DNA from: Octopus sinensis | Lineage: Eukaryota | Length of the DNA stretch: 27,748 bases | Direction of reading: 5' to 3' | Assembly (NCBI RefSeq): GCF_006345805.1 | Contig: NW_021833405.1 | Span: 1-27,748, forward strand | Shown: positions 1 to 11,159 of the stretch, in pieces | Position numbering within the stretch: the first letter of the stretch is position 1 | How the letters are laid out: each line of letters starts with the position of its first letter | Notes under the pieces: model-generated | Told to the model about the DNA's origin: nothing | Databases searched by the model: none | What the model saw: only the letters and a program-made list of their open reading frames with translations | Translations under genes and position numbers: made by a program

Positions 1-112
1 AGAGCTCCGCTCGAAACGTTAAACCCTTCTTCTTCTCTTCTTTCCTGAGCGTCAGTAATACTTATTTGTTCCACGCCTCGCGTTGTTGTGTTTTGTGTTG
101 CTTGTTGGATTA

Positions 113-118
<6 letters not shown>
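1..118 (+). mobile_element. 3' tail of a Penelope-like element (PLE), cut by the window start and ending in (TA)n
   Basis: Begins with the 3' half of a minimal hammerhead. This is followed by a ~100-nt pyrimidine/TG-rich tail that runs directly into (TA)n, the same layout as the other PLE tails in the window. Confidence 0.6.
2..26 (+). ncRNA. Minimal type I hammerhead ribozyme, 3' half (CUGA strand lies upstream of the window)
   Basis: Stem II GAGC(2-5)-TCC-GCTC(9-12), GAAA(13-16), self-complementary stem III ACGT(16-19), predicted cleavage after GUU(20), then the stem I strand AAACCC. Confidence 0.6.
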
Positions 119-155
<37 letters not shown>

Positions 156-186
156 GGAGTGAGAGAGGGAAAGAGAGAGAGAGAGA

Positions 187-482
187 GGAGCAAAGGTAAG
201 AACTTGCAAGTTAGGTAAATCGAGGAACAAAAAAAACTTCATTCAACCCCTCATATGTAAAATTCTTCCCTGAGGACGGATACTGGTGGTATCCGATGAT
301 GGAATCATTTTATAATCGCTATTTGGGATCACCAAGGCTAGAGAAACAGCTGTTGGACTCATGAAACACTTGTAAGCCGGACTTTTTTTCATATGCATAC
401 ATACGTAGATTTTTTGTATTAAATGTATTTAATATTTTTAGTATATCGAGTTGCCTAACTTGCTCGTCCTTGCATTTGCTCC
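187..482. mobile_element. Segment bounded by 37-bp imperfect inverted repeats, containing a degenerate hammerhead-like motif (probable PLE end remnant)
   Basis: 187-223 and the reverse complement of 446-482 match at 30/37. Inside is CTGAGGA(270-276)-C-GGATAC-tggtg-GTATCC, but GATG follows where GAAA is expected. Confidence 0.4.
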
Positions 483-559
483 ACTGCCTGCAGAAGTTCC
501 AATCTCTCGAGCACTACGAAGTGTACTCCATACAGAAAATAACTGTCAGTAGTCTCTCT

Positions 560-742
560 CCCTCTTTCTTTATCTCTCTTCTCTCTCTATTATATATATA
601 TATATATATACATATATTATATATATACATACATATATATATATATATTATATATATATAATGTGGGGGTGGTGTGTGTGTGTGTGTGTGTTTGTATGTA
701 TATATATATAGGTCATATATATTATATATATAGATAATATTA

Positions 743-780
<38 letters not shown>
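560..780. repeat. (TA)n/(TG)n compound microsatellite
   Basis: Directly visible. Confidence 0.95.
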
Positions 781-784
<4 letters not shown>

Positions 785-840
785 AATTTTAAATTTCTAA
801 ATATCTCATAGAGATATGTACGGTGGTGGGGCGATTTATA

Positions 841-983
841 TAGTTGTATACTGTCAATTTAACGCTGTTTAGCGCTAGGAAGCATCGAACGCTTCTGTCG
901 GCTTCGAAGCGTTCGATGCTTCCTAGGACTAAACAGCGGTGGTGTAATACCTACTGTCACGTTAAATTGACAGTACACAACTA
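841..983. mobile_element. Fold-back MITE-like element in (TA)n context
   Basis: Outer IR 841-864 pairs with 960-983 (1 mismatch). Inner IR 863-895 pairs with 906-938 (2 mismatches). TA-rich on both sides; no coding capacity. Confidence 0.7.
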
Positions 984-993
984 TTATATATAT

Positions 994-1038
<45 letters not shown>

Positions 1039-1061
1039 TCTATAATATATATATATATATA

Positions 1062-1108
<47 letters not shown>
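984..1108. repeat. (TA)n microsatellite
   Basis: Directly visible. Confidence 0.95.
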
Positions 1109-1112
<4 letters not shown>

Positions 1113-1516
1113 GCACTCCACAACACGTTTCCAACATGCACAAAATCGTATGCGCATGAAATCAAAGTAGCGAGTTCGTATCCGCGTTATATTCCTTTTG
1201 AAGTTATAGAGTGAGCGAGGAGGCGGTTTGGTGGCGGTTTAGTAGGTGTGTATTGTTGCTGTTTGACTGAACGAACTTTCCTTAATTGGCAAAATATAAT
1301 AATTGGTTCGGGTGCTGCCACTTCCATCAAAACGATTCCGACCACGGCTATGACGACCATCACTACAAACAACACTACCACCAAACACAATAACTACCAC
1401 CACTACCACCACCATCTTCACCACTATCACCTTTTCTTTTGCCACTAATAGTGACCCAAGCATTCACCACCACGCAACTCATCAGAAATATCATCATCGT
1501 TTGTGTAACAATCACC

Positions 1517-1535
1517 AATCCCATCTCCCGCCGTA

Positions 1536-1606
<71 letters not shown>
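1517..1606. repeat. (TATC)n / GATA-type tetranucleotide repeat
   Basis: Directly visible. Confidence 0.97.
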
Positions 1607-1607
1607 A

Positions 1608-1787
1608 TTTCTTTGTGTTAATTGTCCTGTATTCTATTTTTTGTTGTTTTTAAATATATGTCCAGTTCCTTTGGTTTGTGTCTATGTTTTCGTTTCTCAT
1701 TGTGTTCGACGTCCTTTTGGTGTCCTGTACTCATATATGCGTGTATATGTACATGTAGAGGTAGGTACGTACATATATGTTTATATG
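1608..1787 (+). mobile_element. 5' pseudo-LTR (part A) of a non-coding PLE-like unit, interrupted by the LINE
   Basis: Near-identical direct repeat of ~3884-4059. The sequence that follows A in the second copy (tatatatgcatatgttttattttatttattaatatattat) reappears at 3241-3282, just after the LINE. Confidence 0.7.
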
Positions 1788-3239
1788 ATTTGATTTTGAT
1801 TTTTCCAGTTTCAGCTAATGAGCTGTGGCCATGCTGGGGCACCGCCATTTGGTTTGCTACACGGGTTTACCTCACGGATGCTTTTTAGCAAACGCCATCT
1901 GATGCATGAGAGAGTTCGATGCAGCTGTCCTCATCTGCACCTCCTGCCGTGAAGTTGGTTCATCCGGGACACCTGACAGGAAGAGATCCAGTCCTACTTT
2001 AAAGACATCCGCATCTACACCATGCAGGTCCCTCAGGTTCTTCGGGAGGACATTGAAGAGCCGTGGGCCTCTGAAGCCCAGGCTATCACAATATCTTGTC
2101 CTACATCTTGATGGCAAATTTGGAGTCCTTGGTACTACGCAGTGGCGTCCGGTTCTGGCGTTTGTGTGACTCTCGATGCCAAAGTCTGGGACAAGACCTT
2201 CCAGGATCTTCCAGATATATATTATGGCATGAGTCTCTCCCAGTAGCTCGTATGCTGCACAGAGGCTATCTTCTTCGTGTAGCTTCGTTGGATCGCCTCA
2301 AGTTCTGTGATCAACTTGACACTGGATGGTGACCATAGCTGAGAGCAATAGTCAAAGTGGCTTAGGACAAGTGTCTTCCAGAGGACCATCATGGTTTCTT
2401 GTTCTCTTGTTCTAAAGGTTCTAAGAATCCATCCAGCCAGCCGTCTGCATTTCATTGTCAGTTTAGCAACATGTACATGAAAGGTCGCGTCATCACTCAT
2501 GTGAATACCCAGGTCACGCACTGATTGTGCCTCTGGGATTGCAATCCCTCCGGTCCAGTGTATTCATTGGGTATTGCATTCAGTTTTGCATGCTGATAGT
2601 ATAAAGCTTGAAACTTTTCAGCATTGAACTGCATGCTATTCTTTTCAGCCCACTTGTATATTTCGTCCAGCTCACATTGCAGGTGCTTAGTGTCTTCAGG
2701 GTTCTGTATTGCCTGTGAAACTTTTGTATCATCTGCATAACTTGTGATCGTGGCTCTCCGCGTGGCTGAGGGCATGTCTGAGAGGGCCATTATGAACAGT
2801 AGTGGTCCCAAACAGTGCCCTGTGGAACACCGCTCACTATTTGCGTGCTAATGGAAGTGGCCCCATTGGCTGCTACCACCTGACTTCTATTCTTCAGAAA
2901 GTCATGAAGCCATTCTCCTAGTTTTCCAACTATGCCAAGATCACGCAGTTTGTGACATATCATTCCATGATCGACTTTATCGAAGGCCTTTGCGAAGTCG
3001 AGATATATGACTTCCACATTTGAGTGGTTGAGCAGTTGTTTCAGCACCCAGTCATAGTGCTGCAGGAGCTGAGTTAAGCAGCTTCTTCCTGGTCGGAAAC
3101 CATGTTGGGTGTCAGGCAGCAAGTCATTTTCTTCAAGGAAGGTGATTAGTTTCCTTCTGACTATTCGTTCCATGACCTTGCTGATGTGTGAGGTCAGAGA
3201 GATAGGTCTGTAGTTCTTGGCCTCCGCTCTGCTACCTCC
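1788..3239 (-). mobile_element. 5'-truncated, frameshifted CR1/L2-group (Jockey-group) LINE: RT domain, C-terminus and 3' tail
   Basis: Joined frames give NYRPISLTS, QHGFRPGRSC, YLDFAKAFDKV, GVPQGTV/GPLLF, YADDTK, RDLGI, YCSQLWSP, GPRLFNVLP, VPDEP and AASNSL. The 3' UTR has a stem-loop and an (AAATC)-like tail. Candidate TSD tatatg at 1782-1787 and 3243-3248. Confidence 0.92.
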
Positions 3240-3558
3240 ATATATATGCATATGTTTTATTTTATTTATTAATATATTATATGATGAAACGCACGCACCC
3301 CCTTAATTAAGATTGTTCTTTATATCAAGTTTTTGTTCTTGATATTAACTCTCACGCGCACTCTCAACCTTTCTGTTCCATCCCTTTCTCAGCCTTCATT
3401 CTTTGTTTTCCTTTTCCTCTACTTAACTTGTCTCTTCCTCTCTCTCATTCTTCACTCTCTCTCTCTCCCCCTCCCCATTCTTCATGGTTTCCTCGCAGCC
3501 ATTCCCCTTCTTCTCTCCCATTCTCTTGCTCCTCCCCCCCTTCCTGTCGTTCACCCGC

Positions 3559-3571
3559 GACGTCACTTCCG
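3559..3571 (-). promoter_or_regulatory. ETS-CRE composite-like motif (CGGAAGTGACGTC)
   Basis: The plus strand reads GACGTCACTTCCG, and a second GACGTCACT lies at 3607-3615. Motif match only. Confidence 0.3.
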
Positions 3572-3805
3572 ATGCTGTCTCTCTCGCCTGGCTCTTTCAT
3601 GTAATGGACGTCACTCTTTTTCCTCTGCTCGTCGTCCATAAAAAATTCGTTCGGCGTCAACAGCCCTTCTTATCTTGTTTTCCTTGTCCTATCCTATACT
3701 GTTTACAATTTGCACTGTCTTTACTGTCCTGTTGTTACTATTTTTTACCCCTCTGCGAAAATATCTCAGAATTTTAATTGATTTGCTTTTCGCAGGAAGG
3801 AAAGT

Positions 3806-3854
3806 TTTCTTGTCGAAGATACGTCTCGCTTTTATCCTTCGAAACGTAGAGTAG
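3806..3854 (+). ncRNA. Degenerate minimal hammerhead ribozyme
   Basis: TTGTCGA(3810-3816) stands where CUGACGA is expected. Stem II is GAAGATA/TATCCTTC, followed by GAAACGTA(3841-3848) with palindromic ACGT. The core mutations predict inactivity. Confidence 0.4.
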
Positions 3855-4170
3855 ATGAAGCTTTAGCGACTGAGAAGGGTTTTTTTCTTGTGTTATTGTC
3901 CTGTATTCTATTTTTTGTTGTTTTTAATATATGTCCAGTTCCTTTGTTTGTGTCTATGTTTTCGTTTCTCATTGTGTTCACGTCCTTTGGTGTCCTGTAC
4001 TCATATATGCGTGTAATATGTACAGTAGAGGTAGGTACGTACAATATGTTTTATATATGCATATGTTTTATTTTATTTATTAATATATTATATATATATT
4101 GTGTGTGTGTGTGTGTGTGTGCGTTTGTGTGTATGTGTGTGTGTATATGTGTGTTTGTGTGTGTGTGTGA

Positions 4171-4450
4171 AAGCGCGTGGACTAGTGGTTAGGTGAACTG
4201 CATTCGTGATTTCGATTTCCAGACGAAACCATTCGTGGTTTCGATTTCCAGACCAGCTACGCATTATGTTCTTGGGCAAGACGTTTCATTTCCCACTGCA
4301 CCATGCCACTCAACTGCAAATGGGTATCCCTGCGCCGAACTAGGCTGTGATCAGGGGCAATGTTGGTCTGCTTGCATATCCACCAGGGTGGCGTCAATCA
4401 AATGTGAGAAGCATGTAAAGCGCATTGTAATCAGCGATATATAACAGCAT
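4171..4450 (+). mobile_element. tRNA-derived SINE with CORE-like central domain (degenerate)
   Basis: A-box-like TGGACTAGTGGTTAGG and B-box-like GGTTTCGATT (locally duplicated). CORE-like CTTGGGCAAG...CTGCAAATGGG. Confidence 0.6.
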
Positions 4451-4550
4451 CCGAGAGCCTAGTCGACCACATGATCACGTAAAATATACATACACATGTA
4501 CATGTGTGTGTGTGTGTCTGTGTGTGTGTGAGCGTGTGTGTATGTGTGTA

Positions 4551-5055
4551 GTTGGCTGCATGTTAAGAAACACTTGGTTCCAAGTTCAGTCCCACTGCGA
4601 GACATTTGGGGCAGGTGTCTTCTACTATAGCCTGGGGCCGACCAAATCCTTGTAAGTGGATTTGGTAGACGGAAACTGAAAGAAGCCCGTCGTATATATA
4701 TATATATACAGGGTGATTCAATATTGGCCACACATAAGAAAAAAACTTTTTTTTATAAGAAACAGTTTTTGTATTTAACTGTTTCTTATCAAAAAATAGA
4801 TTTTTCCTATATATGGTGACTTTTGAACCACACTGTATATATATATTTGTGTGTTTGTGTTTCTCCACCCACCACCATCGCTTGACAACAAGTGTTGGTG
4901 TGTTTAGTTCCCCGTAGCATTAGCGGTTCGGCAAAGAAGAGCGATAGAATAAGTACTAGGTTTACAAAGAATTAATCCTGGGGTCGATTTGTTCGAATGG
5001 ACTGAAGGCCGTGCTCCAGCATAGCCGCATTCAAATGAATGAAACATGTAAAAAA
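4551..5055 (+). mobile_element. Composite SINE (family 'A'): tRNA/CORE-like head, internal microsatellite, 3' module with LINE-like tail; interrupted by a MITE
   Basis: Collinear with the complete copy at 25561-25977 (minus strand). Confidence 0.8.
4709..4835. mobile_element. Tc1/mariner-type MITE (127 bp)
   Basis: CAGGGTGATTCAA... matches the reverse complement of ...TTGAACCACACTG at 26/35 over the TIR. TA lies on both sides. Internal perfect 13-bp IR at 4755-4767/4777-4789. Confidence 0.7.
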
Positions 5056-5187
5056 ATATATACATGCATATATATATATATATACATATATGCATAAATA
5101 CATACGTACGTACATAAACCAGCTCTTCTAATGGCAAGAAATCTTGAAATATAACCGAATAATGACATACATACATACATACGTTCG

Positions 5188-5315
5188 TACGACGAGTTTC
5201 TTTCAGTTTTTGTCAGCTATTTTCACTTTGACCGGCCCGATGCCTTACAATGAGATTGAACCCAATATCACATGGTTTCGGAAGCATGCTTCTTAACCAC
5301 AGAACTTCACCTGTG
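5188..5315 (-). mobile_element. Degenerate SINE family A head fragment
   Basis: Similar to 25815-25975 (ttctttcagttt..., gaaccc...catggtt..., cttaaccac). Confidence 0.55.
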
Positions 5316-5411
5316 ACAGTATTTATTTCTCTATTAATTTTATCTAATTTTTACCTTGCTACGCTTTTATAAAATATTATCCCCATAAGGAGTTGTGTTT
5401 GTGAGAATATC

Positions 5412-5620
5412 GGTTTCAAATTTTGACACAACGCTAGCAAGTCCGGGGTAGGTGAATAAGTCGATTAAATTCACCCCAACGCTCATCTGGTACTAATCTT
5501 ATTAATATCGAAACGATGAAAGACAAAGACAACCTCCGCGGAATTTGAACTCAACGTGTAAAGACAAAATGACGCTACGTGTTGTGCCCGGTGCGCTAAC
5601 GATTTGAACAGCTCTTCGCT
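5412..5620 (-). mobile_element. Degenerate tRNA-derived SINE (family 'B')
   Basis: Similar to 9553-9774 and 11005-11147 (gtcgatta..., ctggtact, ggaatttgaactca, gctaacgatt). Confidence 0.65.
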
Positions 5621-5879
5621 TTCTCTTTGTGAAACTATCAGAATATGGAATATTCCAGAGATGTGTAAATTCGAATGAGTAAATTTTTTGAAGGCACCAT
5701 TTTTACTACGCGAAAGCTCGATGGTTTTCTTGGATACTGTGATGATTGCTTACTACGTAACTCGACCTGCTAGAATAGGCTGCTGAGTCTCCTTCAAATC
5801 GCTTTGTTAGAGAGGAATTTCTCAGTTTCTCTTTCTCTTTCTCTCTCTTTCTTGCTTACTGTCTTTCTTTCTCACTTTA

Positions 5880-6780
<901 letters not shown>

Positions 6781-7209
6781 TTACCTTTCCCATTACTCCT
6801 CCCCTTCCTCCCACAACCGCTCGTTTGCTCTACTCCTCTTCCAGTTAAGAGTCGAGACAATTGATATCGACGCATCGTGCTGCACTTCGGATGCTGCTCC
6901 GCCTCTCCGGAGCTGCACATGTTTTGCACCATTTCATACTAAGTGTATATGCAACGCTATAATTACAACATTCTTAGTCTGCACACTTTATAACCCCCAC
7001 CCTCACCCCATACACCCCACCTACCGTGATCCGCCATCTTTCTTTCATTTATTTCCTTCTTTTTTCTTTTAAATCTTCAATCTTCATTTCTTCCTTCCTT
7101 CCTTCCTTCCTTTCTTCCTTTCTTCTTTCTATTTTGTTTTGCGTTTTTATTATTTTTTTTGCGTGTGTGGTTTTTGTTGTTTTCTTCTCTTCATTCCTTT
7201 GCCATCAAC

Positions 7210-8075
7210 AAAAGCATACCCCCCCCCGCGCACACATACACACACACTTTTACACACATTCACATGGACAGGCTCACACACACACATACACACACATACA
7301 CACACATACATATACACAGACTATAGTCTCAAGGTATAGACACACACACCCGCGCGTGCACACACAAACACAGGTACGCAGAGTGTGAAGCCCACACAGA
7401 CATACACACGCATACACACATATATACACATACGGAGTCAGTAACCTGGCACACTCAAAGCACAGTCAAAGACTCACGAGTGCGGATACATATACATACA
7501 TGGAGAAGCAGACACACACACACACAAAAACGGAACTACATACACACACACACACACACAGACATATACGCAAATACACACACGGACGGACGCACACACA
7601 CACACATACATGCATATACATAGCCACACACACGGACAAACACGCACGCGGTCAAATACGTATACACATACACATATACACGTACACACACATACACACA
7701 GACTCACACGCACGCACAATCACACACACGAACAGATACACCTATTCGCACACGCAGACACACATACACTCACACATACACACACAGACATATGGTGAAT
7801 TACACACACGGACGGATACACACATGCACACATGCATATACATACACACACACACAGCGACACAGACAGAGAAACACACACACGGTCAAACAGGTATACA
7901 CACATATATACGTACACACACACACGCACACCAACCCATACACAGACTCAAACACACATTAAGTCAGTAGAGAGAAACAACCACCATTTCCACACGCACT
8001 CACATTAGAAGGGTCACGTTATATTTGTATGTGTGTGTGTGTATGTGTGAGTGTATATGTGTGTGTGTGTGTGTG
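7210..8075. repeat. Degenerate (CA)n-rich array with internal ~230-bp higher-order duplication
   Basis: cacggacgga at 7581 and 7807; cggtcaaa at 7649 and 7883. Confidence 0.85.
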
Positions 8076-8129
8076 ATGGTTTTAGGCGTGTCGGCTTGTT
8101 TGTATGTGTGGATTTATGTCTACGTATGA

Positions 8130-8790
8130 GGTGGGGGGGCTCTGTGGTGGTGATGGTGGTGGTGTTGGTGGTGGTTGTGAAGTTTGCCTGGGTGACAAAC
8201 CACTTAATAACCGTGTATGTTCTTGTCAAACACAACCTTGTGAAATCCACACAACGCCAACAACAACAACAATAATAACAACAACAGCATCCATCACCAG
8301 CAGCAGCACCACAAGCAGCCACAGCAGCAGCAGCAAAGTGAGACATCACAATTGTTACAAACGTCACCACCACCAGAATCACCCACCACCGCCAATACCA
8401 ACACCACCAACAACACCACCGACGCCACTACCGCTACAGCAATCACCACCACCACAACACCACCTCCACCACCACCGCTACCGTTACTATTACCATCCAA
8501 CGTATAGACCACCCCCAACGAAAATACCATCAACACCACTCACCATCACACTTCAGCAGCTACAACACAAACATCAACACCACTAACACCATCTCCACCA
8601 CCATTTCTGACCAATACCCTCTTCGATCACCACAACTACCACTAACACCACCAACGCCAATTTCTCAAGCCCTCAAATAATCCGCCACCAACACTACCAC
8701 TGCTAACATTTCAACGGCCAATACCACAAGCTCAACTGTTCACCACAACTACAACCACAACTGCAACTGCAACCACCAACAGTATCAAAA
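8130..8790. repeat. Degenerate trinucleotide low-complexity region (GGT/CAA/CAG/CAC)
   Basis: Directly visible. Confidence 0.85.
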
Positions 8791-9119
8791 ACAGTTATAA
8801 GAATGTAAGCAGTATGCAACAACATCAATAACATCAAGCGAGAGTAAATTAAAGCAGCAAAAGGACAAATATTACAACAGAAATTACGAGCAGAAAGATA
8901 ATTCTCCCATCACCATTTCAGGATCTGCAGCAATAATGAGAAGAATAACAATATGAGCCACAACAAGCGGAGAAACTGCAACAATGTTAATGGATGCAGC
9001 AACAAAAAGAAATGGCGGAAACAAGAAGGGAAGCTACGGCTATTACCACGACAAATAAGCGTTTGTGTGGTTAACAATGTCGGCCATTTTGTGTAGTCAA
9101 ACAAGCATACAGGAAGATA

Positions 9120-9233
9120 GGTATACAGACAGACAGACAATCATGTAGGTCGGTAGATAGATAGATAGACAGACAGACAGATAGATAGATAGTCAGACAG
9201 ACAAACAGGTAGATAGGTATGTGAGTAGGTAGG

Positions 9234-9308
<75 letters not shown>

Positions 9309-9488
9309 GCAGACTGACAGATAGACAGATAGATAGATAGATACATACATACATACATACATGCATAGATTGATAGATAGACATACATACATACATAGAT
9401 TGATAGATAGACAGACAGGTAGGTTGGTAGGTAGGTAGATAGATATATAGATAGACAGACAAAAAGATAGATAGATAGATAGATAGAT

Positions 9489-9547
<59 letters not shown>

Positions 9548-9550
9548 AAT
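9120..9550. repeat. (GATA)n/(GACA)n/(CATA)n mosaic
   Basis: Directly visible. Confidence 0.95.
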
Positions 9551-9552
9551 AT

Positions 9553-9774
9553 ATTTCTTTACTGCCCACAAGGGGCTAAACATAGAGGGGACGAACAAGG
9601 ACAGACAAACGGATTAAGTCGATTACATCGACCCCAGTACGTAACTGGTACTTATTTAATCGACCCCGAAAGGATGAAAGGCAAAGTCGACCTCGGGAGA
9701 ATTTGATCTCAGAACGTAGCAGCAGACAAAATACGGCTACGCATTTCGCCCGGCGCGCTAACGTTTCTGCCAGC
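9553..9774 (-). mobile_element. tRNA-derived SINE family B, near full length
   Basis: Minus strand reads GCTGGCAGAAACGTTAGC (A-box-like) and GAGATCAAATTC (B-box-like), then a central GCCTTTCATCCTTTCGGGGTCGAT...AAGTACCAG domain (Meta-SINE-like, recalled) and a distinct 3' tail. Confidence 0.85.
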
Positions 9775-9809
9775 ACAGATATATAGACAATAGGTCGATA
9801 AGTAGATTG

Positions 9810-9908
9810 TTAGGTAGGTAGGAAGGTAGGTAGGTAGGTAGGTAGGTAGGTAGGTAGGTAGGTAGGTAGGTAGGTAGGTAGGTAGGTAGGTAGGTAGGTA
9901 GTAGGTAG
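9810..9908. repeat. (AGGT)n tetranucleotide repeat
   Basis: Directly visible. Confidence 0.97.
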
Positions 9909-10704
9909 GAAAATTGATAGTGAGAAGGGGAGAGAGAAGGACGTATGGCTACATATGTGCAGACAGAAGAACAGACAGGCAAAACACAGACATACAATAA
10001 ACCAAAAGGTTCAAGTACATGAATATATTGGTAGATATACAATCAGTCAAACATCAGAAAAAGGAATAACGTGCGCGAGAGAGTGATTATGGAAGAAACT
10101 TCTGGGTGACTATCACGTGAATGTTTGACGATGGAAAGTAGGCGGAAAAGGCGAGATAGTTTCGAAAGTGTGTAGGGAGCATGATATTCTTTCCCTCTCT
10201 GTGCCTTACTCTCTGTCACAGACACACACACACACACATGCAGCTTATTCCGAGTGACTGAGATTTAAAATGATAAGGACAAACACTTTACACATGTTAT
10301 AAGTTTAATGGTAAACTCTTTCAAAGGCAGAGGATATAAACACAGTTATACTTTTCGAATCAACCAGAGATGATATGATGTCACACTTCGGCATTTCATA
10401 TAGACTCATAGATTCCTTTAAGAATTAATACTCAGTAACTTTTGTCATTTGTTCGTACATGAGAACTTATTCAAACAATGGATAAGAAATCCATTGTTGT
10501 CGATTTTCTGCAATTTATCTCCATTTGACAAAAGGGCAGTTTCCATAGGAAAAGAACATATTAGTAATGACGGTTTGATAAATACAACAAATGGAAGAAA
10601 AAAAAGACGAATGGGAGTGGTGTGAGGGGGGGGGAGGAGGCATGAAAAAGGGTATGAGGAGGGGTATGAGAAGGGGAGGAGAAGGAAGTATGAAGAATAA
10701 ATAT

Positions 10705-10925
<221 letters not shown>

Positions 10926-11004
10926 CGGTAACCACAGAAAAAGCAGCAGCAGTCGTAACATAAGCAACAATAACAATTACTCCGATATAATTTTTGTAAT
11001 AGAA

Positions 11005-11147
11005 CTCTTGTGGTACTTATTTTATCGATCCCGAAAGGATGAAAGGCAAAGTCGACCTCGGTGGAGTTTGAACTCAGAATGTAGCGACAGGCAAAATGCC
11101 GCTAAGCGTTTCGTCCAGTGTGCTAACAATTCTGCCAGCTCGCCGCC
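11005..11147 (-). mobile_element. SINE family B, head and core
   Basis: Same head and core motifs as 9553-9774. Confidence 0.85.
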
Positions 11148-11159
11148 TCTGTTGGTTCT

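Larger units (their letters stand above)
3241..4092 (+). mobile_element. Non-coding PLE/retrozyme-like unit (~810-bp period) with degenerate hammerhead and 3' pseudo-LTR
   Basis: Segment B at 3241 recurs at 4052. A hammerhead-like motif (3806-3854) precedes the repeated A segment. The unit ends in (TA)n(TG)n and has no recognisable ORF. Confidence 0.55.

Noticed and set aside
782-817. Two adjacent small hairpins (AGAAATTT/AAATTTCT and ATATCTC/GAGATAT)
   Set aside because: They are short, AT-rich and plausible by chance; no function can be supported.
8880-9100. YY1-like GCCATTTT motif and hydrophobic short frames on the minus strand
   Set aside because: The ATG frame stops after 14 codons, there is no good donor, and the sequence looks like decayed CAA/AAT repeats.
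10474-10498. Perfect 10-bp hairpin AACAATGGAT/ATCCATTGTT
   Set aside because: It is isolated, with no U-tract, TSD or family context.
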